In this document: positions 18,301-30,000 of the stretch, one piece after another
Numbering within the stretch: the first letter of the stretch is position 1
Layout: each line of letters starts with the position of its first letter
Source of the DNA: Lingula anatina
Lineage: Eukaryota; Animalia; Brachiopoda
Direction: 5' to 3'
Assembly (NCBI GenBank): GCA_051362555.1
Contig: CM120640.1
Coordinates: 6,634,001 to 6,698,000 of the forward strand
Length of the DNA: 64,000 bases
Program-made: the position numbers and the translations under genes
Notes under the pieces: generated by a model
Seen by the model: the letters and a program-made list of their open reading frames with translations, nothing else
Databases searched by the model: none
Told to the model about the DNA's origin: nothing

Positions 18301-19454
18301 ATTGAAATACAAAGTTAGAATCTTCAATTTACACCCGCAGTCAATTACACTGCAGTCAATTTTCGTTGGCTAACCCTAAGGTAATTTTATGTGAACAAGT
18401 AGCTCATAATAATTTCACAGAGGAAATCCAAGTATACAATGTATCAATCCTATGTTCACATAAAATAAGGTAGAGTTAGCCAACGAAAACGCAGCAAGCT
18501 GCGGTTACATTGTAAATTTTCACATTGTATTTCGATGGGGTGGATTAAACGTGATTAAAACTAATAAAAAGACCACAGGTAATTACAAAAACATTTTATT
18601 TCAACAGCTTTGACATAGGTGCAAAAGACACTGTAAAAAAATGTTTGAAAAATGAAGGTTTCAGGAAGTTACAGGGTGGGGGGTATACTACAAAAGTACC
18701 GAATGTCCTATCTTTGCTGTCGATGAGGTACGTTTTTAGTTCTTTCATTGAAAAGTCATCAGGCACTTCTGCTAAATTTCTATTCCAACTGCTCGCATGA
18801 ATGTGTTTTCGAAAAAAATCAGGTGTTAACATGTTACGAAACTTTGAAAATTCAGATTGAAATGAGACTTCCTCGATATGGCGTCCGTCGTGTACACTCC
18901 ACACTTTCCCCCTGAAACTTCAAATCCCGCAAAATCTCGCGTTCCCACGGATAATTTAGCGGAAGTCACGTGACCGTGGAAAAGACTCTATTCTAAGGAC
19001 TAAGTTAACATACTGCTCTTTTTAGCATAAACAAGGCATTAAACACGGGCAGATTCTAGATACAGAATAAAAAAGCATCAAAGCAGGATATCATGCTTCT
19101 TTAAAATTTTAATTTAAAAATACCACAAATATGCAAATTGTACTAATTTTCAAAATTAAAATATGCTCAAGCTGGAAGAAAAAAAGCCTCAACACCATAC
19201 AAATATCCTGGCTCTATCAGTGCGAAAGAAACAAAACAACCACTGTCAATGCCCTGGGTTGGTACATGTACTGTACTGTAGTAGCGGCGATATAACTTAC
19301 TTTGCGCTTTACTCCAATGTAGCGCATGACCTGCAGATTTCATAGTTTCTTGCGGGTAGACATGTCCTCCGCCGAACACCTGGCACGCCTCATCGTCTGC
19401 ACTAAGGCACTGGTGTGCAATCAACAGCAGTAAAACCAAGCAATACTTCGCCAT
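12365..19454 (-). CDS. PRDX4: Peroxiredoxin-4 (secretory/ER typical 2-Cys peroxiredoxin), 6 coding exons
   Basis: Exons 19454-19301 (signal peptide [33 protein letters not shown]), 17858-17741 (FFYPLDF), 17397-17281 (TFVCPTEI, peroxidatic Cys), 13264-13142 (GGLG), 12880-12715 (GEVCPAGW, resolving Cys) and 12418-12365 ([17 protein letters not shown]). Confidence 0.97.
14016..15000. repeat. Tandem array of about 6.8 copies of a 146-bp unit
   Basis: Unit starts (TAGGTCAAAGGTCA) at 14016, 14161, 14307, 14453, 14599, 14745 and 14891; copies are nearly identical. Confidence 0.97.
15245..15486. mobile_element. IS3EU-like palindromic MITE (242 bp), innermost element of the nest
   Basis: TIRs TACGGAAGCCGACTGGTGCCATATGT and ACATATGGCACCAGTCGGCTTCCGTA; 6-bp duplication CATTTT at 15239-15244 and 15487-15492; four internal copies of the palindrome TATCTCGAAATTTCGAGATA. 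TAY..RTA termini with a 6-bp duplication fit IS3EU. Confidence 0.7.
15402..17033. repeat. 816-bp near-identical tandem duplication (about 15402-16217 and 16218-17033)
   Basis: The same sequence recurs at an offset of 816, also seen in ORF-track pairs ending at 15723/16539 and starting at 15696/16512. Confidence 0.95.
18041..18989. mobile_element. ISL2EU-like (PHIS group) internally deleted DNA transposon in PRDX4 intron 1
   Basis: 15-bp TIRs AGAGTCTTTTCCACG and CGTGGAAAAGACTCT flanked by AT on both sides. The minus-strand peptide [21 protein letters not shown] (about 18790-18725) resembles the N-terminus of ISL2EU SWIM/YqaJ accessory proteins (inference). Confidence 0.65.
18128..18703. mobile_element. 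Fold-back element with long imperfect inverted arms (about 250 bp each), nested in the ISL2EU-like element
   Basis: TTCGGTACTTTTGTAGTATACCCC...ATGTCAAAGCTGTTGAAATAAAATG...AATCACGTTTAATCCA is mirrored by TGGATTAAACGTGATT...CATTTTATTTCAACAGCTTTGACAT...GGGGTATACTACAAAAGTACCGAA. No clear target-site duplication. Confidence 0.75.
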
Positions 19455-19740
19455 CCTTTAGCTCACATAAATCCACGCACGTTCCACGCACACGTAGGCC
19501 AAGTGTCGATTATATGCAGAGCTATTATACTATTTTAATTTGTTTCGAATTTTACTCTAGCACTACTGTAGAGCATAGTTGATTAAATGTTATATTCAAA
19601 TATCAATTTTAAAAATATGCTGTTATCTAACATTTCAAGCAATCTGTAGAGAACACCATGTTTTGCGTCTGTACACACAGCTACAAAACTAAAATTAAAA
19701 CTTAGTTTGGCTCTAGCCGAACTGATTACCAAGGAAGGTA
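19455..19740. promoter_or_regulatory. Putative bidirectional promoter shared by PRDX4 (-) and CCDC181 (+)
   Basis: PRDX4 ATG at 19454; plus-strand donor AAG|GTAAGA at 19737/19738 fits a non-coding first exon of CCDC181, whose ATG exon has an acceptor at 20592; CpG is retained locally. Confidence 0.5.
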
Positions 19741-20609
19741 AGAAAAGGTCGTCATAACAAACCGTGCGATTAGCAAGTGCGACTCACTGAACATGTAATA
19801 GTAGAATGCTAATGGCACCCATTTACCATCGAGAACTTTCTTAGTTATACAGGTGAGAGTTTTTATATATATCCCTTTTTACATCAGTGTATTTTTATGA
19901 CGAGATTTTGGCCTACCTTGCCGTTACGAGAATAATTTAGGAGAAATATCTCCATCTAGAAGCTGTAGAAATTGGAGGCTGCAGACAAATGCAGTTCACA
20001 CAGTGGCAATGCTGCCATAATGGCGACATTGGTGGGGAGAGTCAAGTTCTTACACAACTAGATCTGTAGTGTGATGGTAATAATGCATGAGTAGTACTTT
20101 CTGTTATCAAAAATCCATTGAAACAAAACTTGTTGTTTATGATAAATGTTGGGAAAAGTAAGAAAAATATATTTAGAGATGTTTTTTGAAATGATTTGGT
20201 GACATTTAACGTTTTCAGGATTATGTCTGATTTCATTATTTTAGTCTTCACTTTGATCCTTTTTTTCATATCGTCTAAATGTGTTAAAAATTGCAATTGA
20301 GTTTTCAGAATTATCAATTTTTACAACTTCGGACCATGCATTTAATATCTAGAAAAATACATGTTGTGTTAGTTGCAGTATGGAAGTATAACTGGTTATA
20401 CTTTCATGGTTGCAGCATGCACGATTTCATCATGGTTGAAAGCTTTACTAGAACTTTGTTTAATATATTTTTCATCAAATACCACAGTCATCAATTAAAT
20501 GGCCATTTAGATTAGAGTAAATCCTACTGAACAATGTTTTTCACTGTTTTTTTTATTAAGATAACACTTCTGTATTTTTATTTCCTTTTTAGATGAAACA
20601 TTAAGCACC

Positions 20610-21270
20610 ATGACAGAAGTAGAAGGCAAAGTACACTCGAACAAAGAACCAGATACAGACTCTGTTGATCAAGAACTAGATTGGTTAATTGAGAAAGAAG
20701 AGCAGGAAAATCATACCTCAACAGAGGTAAGTCCCTGGTCATTTTTCCTGATACATGCTATGGGCGCTGCATGATAGAAACAGAGCAAGAATGTGAATGA
20801 GTAGAACTCATCACTAAAGTGTTAAATACTGCATAATTTTAGCTTGAACTGACTAAAGAGTTCTTCATGTTTATTGGAAACATTATTCAGTCATCACATG
20901 CCTCATGAACATTTGAGAAATATCAATTTCATGCCAGCTGTGTCATTATCCATGGATGATTCTTTATTTAACTTTTTGTGTGAATCAAAAATCATTTCAT
21001 TTATGTGGTTTTCAAACTGGGTGGAATATCATTACTAAGAGATATCAGTAAAAGCATGTTATTGACAGACTGCCTACGTAACAGGCACTAGGCAGCCAGA
21101 AGATCAATATTTCATAATGGATACTATTATGCTTTAGGAAAGGATATGATTAAATTAGGCAAACTGATTGAGCCACTTTTGTACTTGATTGATTTATAAT
21201 GTACAATTAGAATCATTATTTTCCTGTGTTGGCATGATATTTTTTTGCTTTTATTAAAAATTTTGTGGCA

Positions 21271-21359
<89 letters not shown>

Positions 21360-24294
21360 TTTTTTTTGCAAAAGTAATCACAACCATGGCTGTTTTAAAC
21401 AAGGTGAAATTGCAGTCAAAGATAATGTTAAGTCAAACTTTCAAAACAAATATATAAAAATATATATCTAACTGTTTAAAAGTATGTTTCAAATATAAAG
21501 ATGTTTTCTTCAGAAAAAAGTAATTCATTTACACAGGATACCATGGCTTATTTGGTAAAGTGACAAAAGAAAATCCATGATATAAATCTTAATACAACAA
21601 AAGTTGTTAGCTCAAATTTGCAATTCTAGTTGCAAATATCATTTTACATTTTACTGGTACACTGTTGTTAATGCTTTAAAAGTCTTTATATGCGTCAAAC
21701 AAACCAAAGAGATAGTAATTATGTGATTAATTTACAATTATTGAAACTTGTTTTATATTTACATTTGTGCAAATCAGTTAGTGTAATTAAGTGAAAAGTA
21801 TATTATAGCTATATATTGAAATTTTGCATTTTTTAAAACTTGTAATTTTCAACAAATTTAACCATTCTAGTAATCCTGATTATCTTATTTCATCATTTAG
21901 GCCCCCAGTCCTGAAAATGAAAAGGATAATTTAAACACAGATCCTCATAGCCACAAACAAGAGAGTGATGATGAAGACTACAGGCCCACAGATGACCAGA
22001 GGGCAGCCATGGCACAACTGGAACAGATGAGACAGGATTTAGAGGATGATGAAGATGACGGGCTGGGTGATTTACCTGATCCACCAGAATATAATGTAAC
22101 GGAACGCTTGAAACAATTAAATAAAGAACTAGCAGATGAACCTTCCCCTGAGGAATCAACAAGGCACCACAAAGTAGTATTTAAAGATGACCCAGTGGAA
22201 TTTGTTGCCCCACCACCAGATGACTATAATTCTGATGATGAAGGGGAGGATAGTAAAGATTATGGTGCTAGTGGTGATTCAGAAACAGATGATCTTGGAG
22301 TAGAAAAGCTTAGGATTGGAGATTCTAGTGACAATGATGATAGCAGCATGAAAGATGGACGTGGTGATGAGGTGGATGGTCACTCATCAAGTCTTGATGG
22401 TGAAGAGAATTCACAAGACAATGGTGAAAGAAAAAACAAAGTGTTAATTGAAAGAAATGGAAAATTTATAATGGTTGACGCAGATGATGTTGAAGCAAGT
22501 GAATTGGAAGGAGATTCATATGACGCACATGATGATAGCAGTGAAATAAATCAAAGTGAACAATCACAAGAAGATGTCCAGCCAACCAGTTCTAGTAGTT
22601 CTGAGTCCAATAACACAAGTGTTCAGCCAAATCCACCTGAAAATCCTAGACCAGCCACAGCCAGTGGAGTTGTCAGGCGGTCTGGCGTCAAACCTGCAAC
22701 AACCTCTCCACGTGCCCAGTCAGCAGGAGCCTACAGCTCTTCACGCAGCAATTTTCATTACAATTCTCCGTATGGACTGTCTCCTGCACAGTGGGAGCTT
22801 AAAAGTCAAAGGGAAAAGGCATTAGCTGAGAGACAGAAAAAGGAAAAGGAGCAGAAAGATAAGGAGGAGGCTGAGAAGAAGAAAGAAAATGATGAAGCAT
22901 TTGAAGCTTGGCTTAGTAACAAGAAAAGAGAAGAATCTGCTCGTAGGAAATCCACACCAACCAAAAAGCAATTAGATGAGGAAGACAAAAAGAACAAAGA
23001 AGAGGTATCCGCTGATGCTAGGGTGTGGTTTATAGCCTGTAGAGCTTTATTTAGCTATTAGTCAGCATAGTTGACCAATTCTTATATTTAGATAAATTTG
23101 GGCTATAATAATTTTGAACTGGTCAGCTAGGTAGGCTTATTAGCATTAGATGTGGTAGATCAGTATTTCTTTTTTAAAAATGAAGCTTAGTTATGAAAAT
23201 AAATCTTGTGATAAGCTTAATTTTAATGGGTATCAACAGAACAGTAAAATATATTAAAAAAATAGTCACTAGAATAAAAAGATAGCACTATCAGGTATTC
23301 GAACCCATATAAAAATATTGACAATTATTTCTTACTTATTATTTAATATTTATTTATATCATTTTTATTTATCTAGTACATTTATTATATTTAAGATGAA
23401 AAAAGAAGCAGACGAAGCATACACAGGGTGGTTGAAAAAGAAGAAAGAGGAATTTAAAACTCAAAAGAGGCTTGAGACAAGAGAAGAGAAAGAGACACAA
23501 GAAGGCTACTATTTGAGTCCAAGAGAGGAATGTGACAAGGCATTTAGAGCGTAAGTGTTGTTTCTCTCTTTTTCTACTGAAGCAAATTACTGAACAGTGG
23601 GTCCTAGATAAAATACTCTGTATTTCTCTAGGGTTTCCAGCTCATCTTCAAAAAATTTAAACGGGCTCAATCCATTACCATTTTGTTGCTATGACAGGCA
23701 TGTATCAAAGTTATGGATTGTTTTTATTTCTGATAAAGTTTACACATTTCAAACATGGCATATTTAAGTCAAATAATAGTAATACACAAAACTAGCTAAC
23801 TAGATATTGATGAAAAGAATTAGTCCCTGTTCCTTTAAATACTGATTCACCAAGAAACTAAGGCTCTAATGTAACTAAGACCCCATTCCCATAGATTTTA
23901 GATCGATCTATCCCTGTGGGGAGTCTCACTAGATATTCTCTCCCAATGAATGTTGGTGCATTGTATAAATATGATCAGTGGATTTTTCCAGTTTTTATCA
24001 AAGACCATACAGTAAAACTGTATCTGCAGCTGACTTTGCAAACTGCTGGCTGTTGCAATATGAATAAATTCCTGACATTTTGCTATATATTGTTATATTA
24101 ATATCATTGAATGAAATTCTAGGTGGCTTAGAAAGAAGAATGCTGAAGCAAGGATGGTTAACCAAGCCTACAGGCAACGTACAAGAATGCATCAACTTCT
24201 GGCACGAAAGTCAAGAAAATCTCAGCAGCTTGCTAAAGCTATTAATGCAGCCCAGGCATATAGATATGTTGACTACTATGGATACAGGTTTTAA
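20610..24294 (+). CDS. CCDC181: Coiled-coil domain-containing protein 181 (ciliary/flagellar microtubule-associated), 4 coding exons
   Basis: Exons 20610-20726, 21901-23004, 23396-23550 and 24123-24294 join in frame. Motifs KVLIERNGKF, YGLSPAQ, ENDEAFEAWL, EECDKAFRAWLRKK and C-terminal AYRYVDYYGYRF* match CCDC181/C1orf114. Confidence 0.88.
21273..21367. repeat. (AT)n microsatellite followed by poly-T in a CCDC181 intron
   Basis: Directly visible. Confidence 0.97.
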
Positions 24295-24382
24295 GATGGC
24301 CCTTGAATATATATATGCTGTCATCAACCATTTTACATACCAAAGCTGTACATACCATTATTCATCAGGGTCTGTTCACTTA

Positions 24383-24928
24383 GAGCGCATTCTCAACAAA
24401 TTAAGCCAGGCTTTACAAAGCTGGTGACCTAAAAATGGCGGACGTACATGAAAGAAAAACCACCTAATCTTTTAATAGTCTCTCCGCCTCCCCACACGTC
24501 GTCCCTGCGGGGTACAGTAATTAAATCGCGTCTCCATTTGCCATGCGGAAGCTACCTGAGAAATATTAAGTGCGCATGCTCATCAGTTAAACTCGTGGTG
24601 AAGAAAGCATGGCGGCTGAAGGCGATCGAAGGAAAAAAGCTCTTCTGTTCTATTATCTTTGAAAACAGAGACGAAAAAGGAATAATTTGGCCTGTAGAGC
24701 AGCAATGAATCGACTATCTACGGAGATAATATCACCAGAGATATTCACGGAAATATTAATGTTCGGAGCCGAGATTTAATTACTGTACCCCGCAGGGACG
24801 ACGTGTGGGGAGGCGTGTGAGAGGCGGAGAGACTATTAAAAGATTAGGCGGTTTTTCTTTCATGTACGTCCGCCATTTTTAGGTCACCGGCTTTGTAAAG
24901 CCTGGCTTAATTCGTTGAGAATGCGCTC
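24383..24928. mobile_element. PIF/Harbinger-like MITE (546 bp) with about 145-bp TIRs just downstream of the CCDC181 stop
   Basis: GAGCGCATTCTCAAC...GGGGTACAGTAATTAAATC is mirrored by GATTTAATTACTGTACCCC...GTTGAGAATGCGCTC; TTA duplication at 24380-24382 and 24929-24931. Confidence 0.88.
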
Positions 24929-27005
24929 TTAGAGTCCCTCCATCGAAACTGTCACTCCATGGAAACTACAAGAAATAGCTGTCCTGTCCTCTACCTCCAA
25001 CTCTAACAATGATGGGGACCTACCCCGTAGAGATAATTTTTTACTCTTTCAATTAAATGTAATGCCATTGCAAGATTTAAAGTTATTTGGCAGAACAGAT
25101 ATTATAGTTTTGTCATAAATAAGTCAACATATATCATATTTAAAAGTCAGACACATGGCCATTTTACATTTTCTTATACCCTTGGTACTTTTGCCATGTC
25201 AGTATTAGAAAGTTATATTTTTCTATGGTTCTTGAAGGCAATGAAACATTTTTTTCCTTTTGTCATTGGTTGTTTTTCTCATCATTATTCACCAATTCTC
25301 TATTTATAAAAAGTGTAGAGTTCTCTAGTCTCATGTTAAAATGTACAAGCTTTATGCATGCTTTTTACTTACATTTGAAGACAAGGAAAATATCCAATAT
25401 GAAGTAGTATCCTCTGCATACGTGTAGTTATTGTAAACTTGTATATTGTAAATATAATTGACATTTTCCAGTCACATAAATTGAATTGCCACTTTCTCAG
25501 TGTTAGTAATGTTTACATTTGCATGAATAGTTGTATTAATTTTTTTTAGTTATTGGAGAAAATATGTAAAAGAAATTAAAAATGTTTTTATATGGACAAA
25601 ATTGTTTTGTACCTGACAAAGTTTTCATAAAAAGAGTTGTTTTTCAAGGTTTGTACAACAGTACTGTGTATGATATTTTCAGCAACAATGTATGATATTT
25701 TCAGCAGTGAATTATATTTCAACAATTCATCAAAACCATGTGAAGTTATGCAAAAATATGATCTGGTGCTTACAGAACACTGTAAATATATTGCACATTT
25801 TCAGGGACTTTATGTTATGCTACAGAAAAAAAACTTGAATAATTTGATCTTTTTTCCAATCTATCTGTCAACAGTTTTGTGGTGATCAATATCAAATTTG
25901 CAAAATGCTCTTTATTTATTTTTTTTATTTTGAGTGTGCTTTTGTCTTCCTTGACTTGCATATTGTCTGAAAAGAGAGTACAATGTAGCAAAATAAATTG
26001 GTTACTATAAACAGGGAATCCCACTGTATGCTGATCACACACATGTAGATGCAAAAAATAAATGATTATTTAAATAGTTCACTGCCCACGGCTGTGTTAT
26101 CTTTAATGTGCTTGTTTTCATTTGTAATGGTCGCATTCATTAAGATTTAAAAAATCTAATCTTTAAGCCATTGACCTATACTTGTTTAAGTATGCCCCAG
26201 TCCTATTTGTAATGACTAAATATCCTTCAAAGCTTCTATTCTTTCCCAGTTCACACCTTGAAAATGATAAAGCCCCTGAAATAAAAGTTTATCTGAAGCA
26301 TACTCTATGAATATGTACCTATAGCACCATGCATGCATCTTTAGCATCTCCAGTTGATCAACATACTATTGGTAATGTCGATATTTCTTTTTAGCTTAGT
26401 GAAAATTTAAATAAATCATGAAGGGTCTTTGAGGAAAGTATATAATCTTTAATTATGAACTGTATCCACCCCCCCCCCCCCCCCCACGCGACTTCAAACC
26501 CAATCTCTAAAAGATCTATAAAAATTATCAAAATAACCCTCCCAATTTTGAATGTGTCAAAGGGACACGGTTACCTTCCCCTTTTCTATTCTTGTGAGCC
26601 TGAAGACAATGTGGATTTTGTAGTAGTCTAGGTTTCATTGTTCCTCCCTTTAGTGTCTCTTTATTAAAGTTCTGCAGTCATGTGACAATTTACAATTCAT
26701 TGATTGGTTCTTTAAAACCTAGACTGTGGTACGAAAGGAAAAATTACCGCCAAGTTATGCGTACCGTCACGTATTTAACTGAATGATATAGTTTTTGTTT
26801 CATTTTTTATCTATAATTGAATTTTTTAACTTAATTGAAATGAAGTTTGTATAAAAACATCAACTGTTATGCTGAACGACGAGATGTTTAAGTATTAAAT
26901 CTTTTTTACAACAATCGGAAATGGGTCTGTGCGATTTGGCATCATGGCGAAGACGGTTCAGTAGGACAACACCACCACAACCTCTTGATTTTATAAAAAT
27001 ATGCC

Positions 27006-30000
27006 ATGAATTCGTCATTATTAAATGGTAAGATAATCAAGGTTGTTTGTCAAATCCATGTTTAAGATTTAAGTAGCCCGATTTTGGAGGTAACATCAAA
27101 GAAACTCATGTTTTAAGTCTTATTATCTGCAAGTGTAGCTTTGTCGGTGAATATAGGCTTCAATAATGTTTGACACAATCAGAAGAAATGTAGATCTAAG
27201 AGTGGTTAGATGTTAACCTTTGGTGTTTGAACGTCAGAAGGTTTTATCTTGTAAAAATAATTTGAATGTAGGTGTGATTTGTGAACATGCGCAACGTCAT
27301 CAAATAATTAATGAAGTGCGATCTATACTTGTCAGATAATGCATATTAAGTATTCCCACGATTTATGAAAAGTTCTAACAGTTATTTAGATTGCGTAGTG
27401 TTTGCATGGCAGGTTTATACTGATAAGCATATTTTATAAGTGTGACAGTTTTGATATTTGACAACAAATATTGTTTGAACATGAAGCATTTGTATTTGAA
27501 AACCCCTATTTTATTACAGCATTGAAAAAAGCTGATGCCCAACCAGAGTCAGGATGGAAGCATGCTAGTTTGTTTTCTTCAAACTCACCAAGTAGTAGCA
27601 GTTGTAGTGAGCAACAACTATCTGAAGATCCTCTCAGCTGGGTGACAAAACAAACCGGATCTTCACAAAGCAGTGAAATAATCAGTGCTTCCCAGTCGAA
27701 ATCTGAATCAGAATCTGAGTAGGCAACAAACACTTGTTTTCATTAATTAATCAAGCATTCTCAGGGTATTATTTTCGTGTTCTTTATAGATTCATGAATG
27801 AGTTTCATGTATGAAATCATTTGTTAACATCCCTATTGCATCTCTTGTAAGTGAAGGCTTGTGAGGGAATACAGGTGGTTAAATTTGCAGTCCATAAAGT
27901 TGGAACTTTTCTGCTATACACAGACAGGCCTGTAGCTGGGAATTTCAAAAGGGGTGTTCTGTTTTGGGGAAAGTGCACCTTTTACCATGAACCCTACATG
28001 TACCTAGATAAAATGTTGATTCGTTCAAACCCTATGAACCCCCCCCCCCCCCCCAAAGCTATACAGGCCTGACAGACCTGTATAACTACAGATAATCATG
28101 TATTAATTTCATTTATTATGTTTGTTATTTGTTAGTGTTCTATTATGATAAGCATATATATATATATTACTGATGTGCCTAAGATTTTAATTTTCTTTTT
28201 GATAGTGAGGTTCTTTTGATAGAAAGTTCTCCTGAGGCTGAAAAAGCTAGAATTAACAGCAGTGAAGGCACAGTCATCCAAAAGCATAGAATGCAGGTAA
28301 TCAATCCAGTGACAATATTTGTTATTGTTATTGACAAAATTTATTGCTTCTTAAAGACATTGTACAGGATTACTGCATGAATATCAGAATGTATTTAAAG
28401 CGAGTTTCCAACATCTGCTCATGAATATTTTTCACAATGCTTCTCGTGTTGATGGTCTCTTTTTCTTTTTTATTTGGGGGGTTAAGTAAATTTCATTCTT
28501 TGTTCTTACGTATGAATACATTTCATTCTTATTTCTGATCAATAGGAACATAATTCTGCTCACATTGGAAGAGTACCAAACACATATGACCAAGGTACAT
28601 CTGGGGCATCACCATTAGGTTCTCCAAGTCCTCAGAAAATGATTCCAAGAAGTCTCACTCTGGTAACACATGGAGGCTCTCCTGGTACTCCTAGGTCACA
28701 GATAGTAAGGACTGTGCCCATTCAGGTAGTAACAACCCTGGGGACAGGTGCCCCAGTGAGGCAACCAGCCCAGTCTTTATCACCAGGAACCCATGGTGGA
28801 AGTGGAAACAGACCAGGTATTCTACGCCAGGTAATACATCAAGGTCAAACAACACAGCAAAATTTTGTCAATACAGTACAGTCCCTTCCAACAGGAATAC
28901 ATGCTGCATCACCTGAAAAAAATATTCAAGTTGTTGTTTATTCAACAACTAATCAACCTCCGGCCCAAAAATACCAAAAGAAAATAGGCAAGCATGGGGA
29001 AGTGCAGTTTTTACGAATGTCTGCCCAGGGACCAAAAGAGGGCGGTAAACCACTGGTGAAACAAGGGTTGCAGCAAAAAACTGCCTCAGCTGCAGCAAAG
29101 TTACATTTGTCTCAAAATCAAGGACGTCCTATCTTTCCAAACTGCAGCAAAAATCAAAATGCTATGAATTCTCAGACGTTACATCAGGATTTCCAACCCA
29201 AGATTGTAGAAGTCTCCAGCTCTCAGATACCCCTTGGTACCCCACACCAAGTCAGTCAGAATATCTCTGCAGCTAATAATGTCCAGACAACTGTTATAGG
29301 TTCCAGTACCACTTCACCTACCAAAGCATTGATTAACAACAAGAGCCCTGTGAAACTGGTGTTTTTAGGCCCAGAGTCCAAGAATCCAGATGCTCTTGCT
29401 CATATGGTCTCCCATATCAGCACTGTTGCAGGGAAGCCAGTTTCGGTACAAACCAACCTGGTTGGAAATGGTGGTGTTGACAGCAATACAATGGTGATTG
29501 AAAAGAATGCCCTGTGTTTTATTGATAACAAGTTGATGCAGTGGGATGGCACAAAGCTGGTGGAAGTAGGTAGGTGCAAGTAATTTATGTATTTATTGAA
29601 ATATGTTTTTTATAGTCAAAGTGGATAATAATTACAGACCAGGGATTTGGTAGATGGTAGATTTGGTCAAAGTAACCTACACAGTATAATATATTCAGAT
29701 AATTGTGTGTTTAAAATATGAATGTGTTGTTTTATGTTTGCAAAAGGTGGTAAGTATGGAATGTGATATTATCAGACCAGAAAACTAGTCAATAAAAAAG
29801 GATGGACAAGGTTGCATAAAAGCTTTTTCTAAAAAAAAGAGAAAAAAAAACATTACGCTTTGTGCATGTTTTTCTAGTACAAAAGCTCTATTCAAAATTA
29901 ATGTTATTTGACCGAAGTAGGTAGTGAATTGATGTTTATATCATATTTCAGGTGTTTTACCTGGTCAAGTAAAGGGAGGTGGAGGGGGCAAAAACTCACC

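Noticed and set aside
19748-19762. RFX X-box-like motif near CCDC181 (GTCGTCATAACAAAC), plus similar partial matches near 11180 and 34142
   Set aside because: All have mismatches to the consensus and are expected by chance in 64 kb.
21127-21471. YI-repeat ORFs
   Set aside because: Translations of the (AT)n and poly-T tract.
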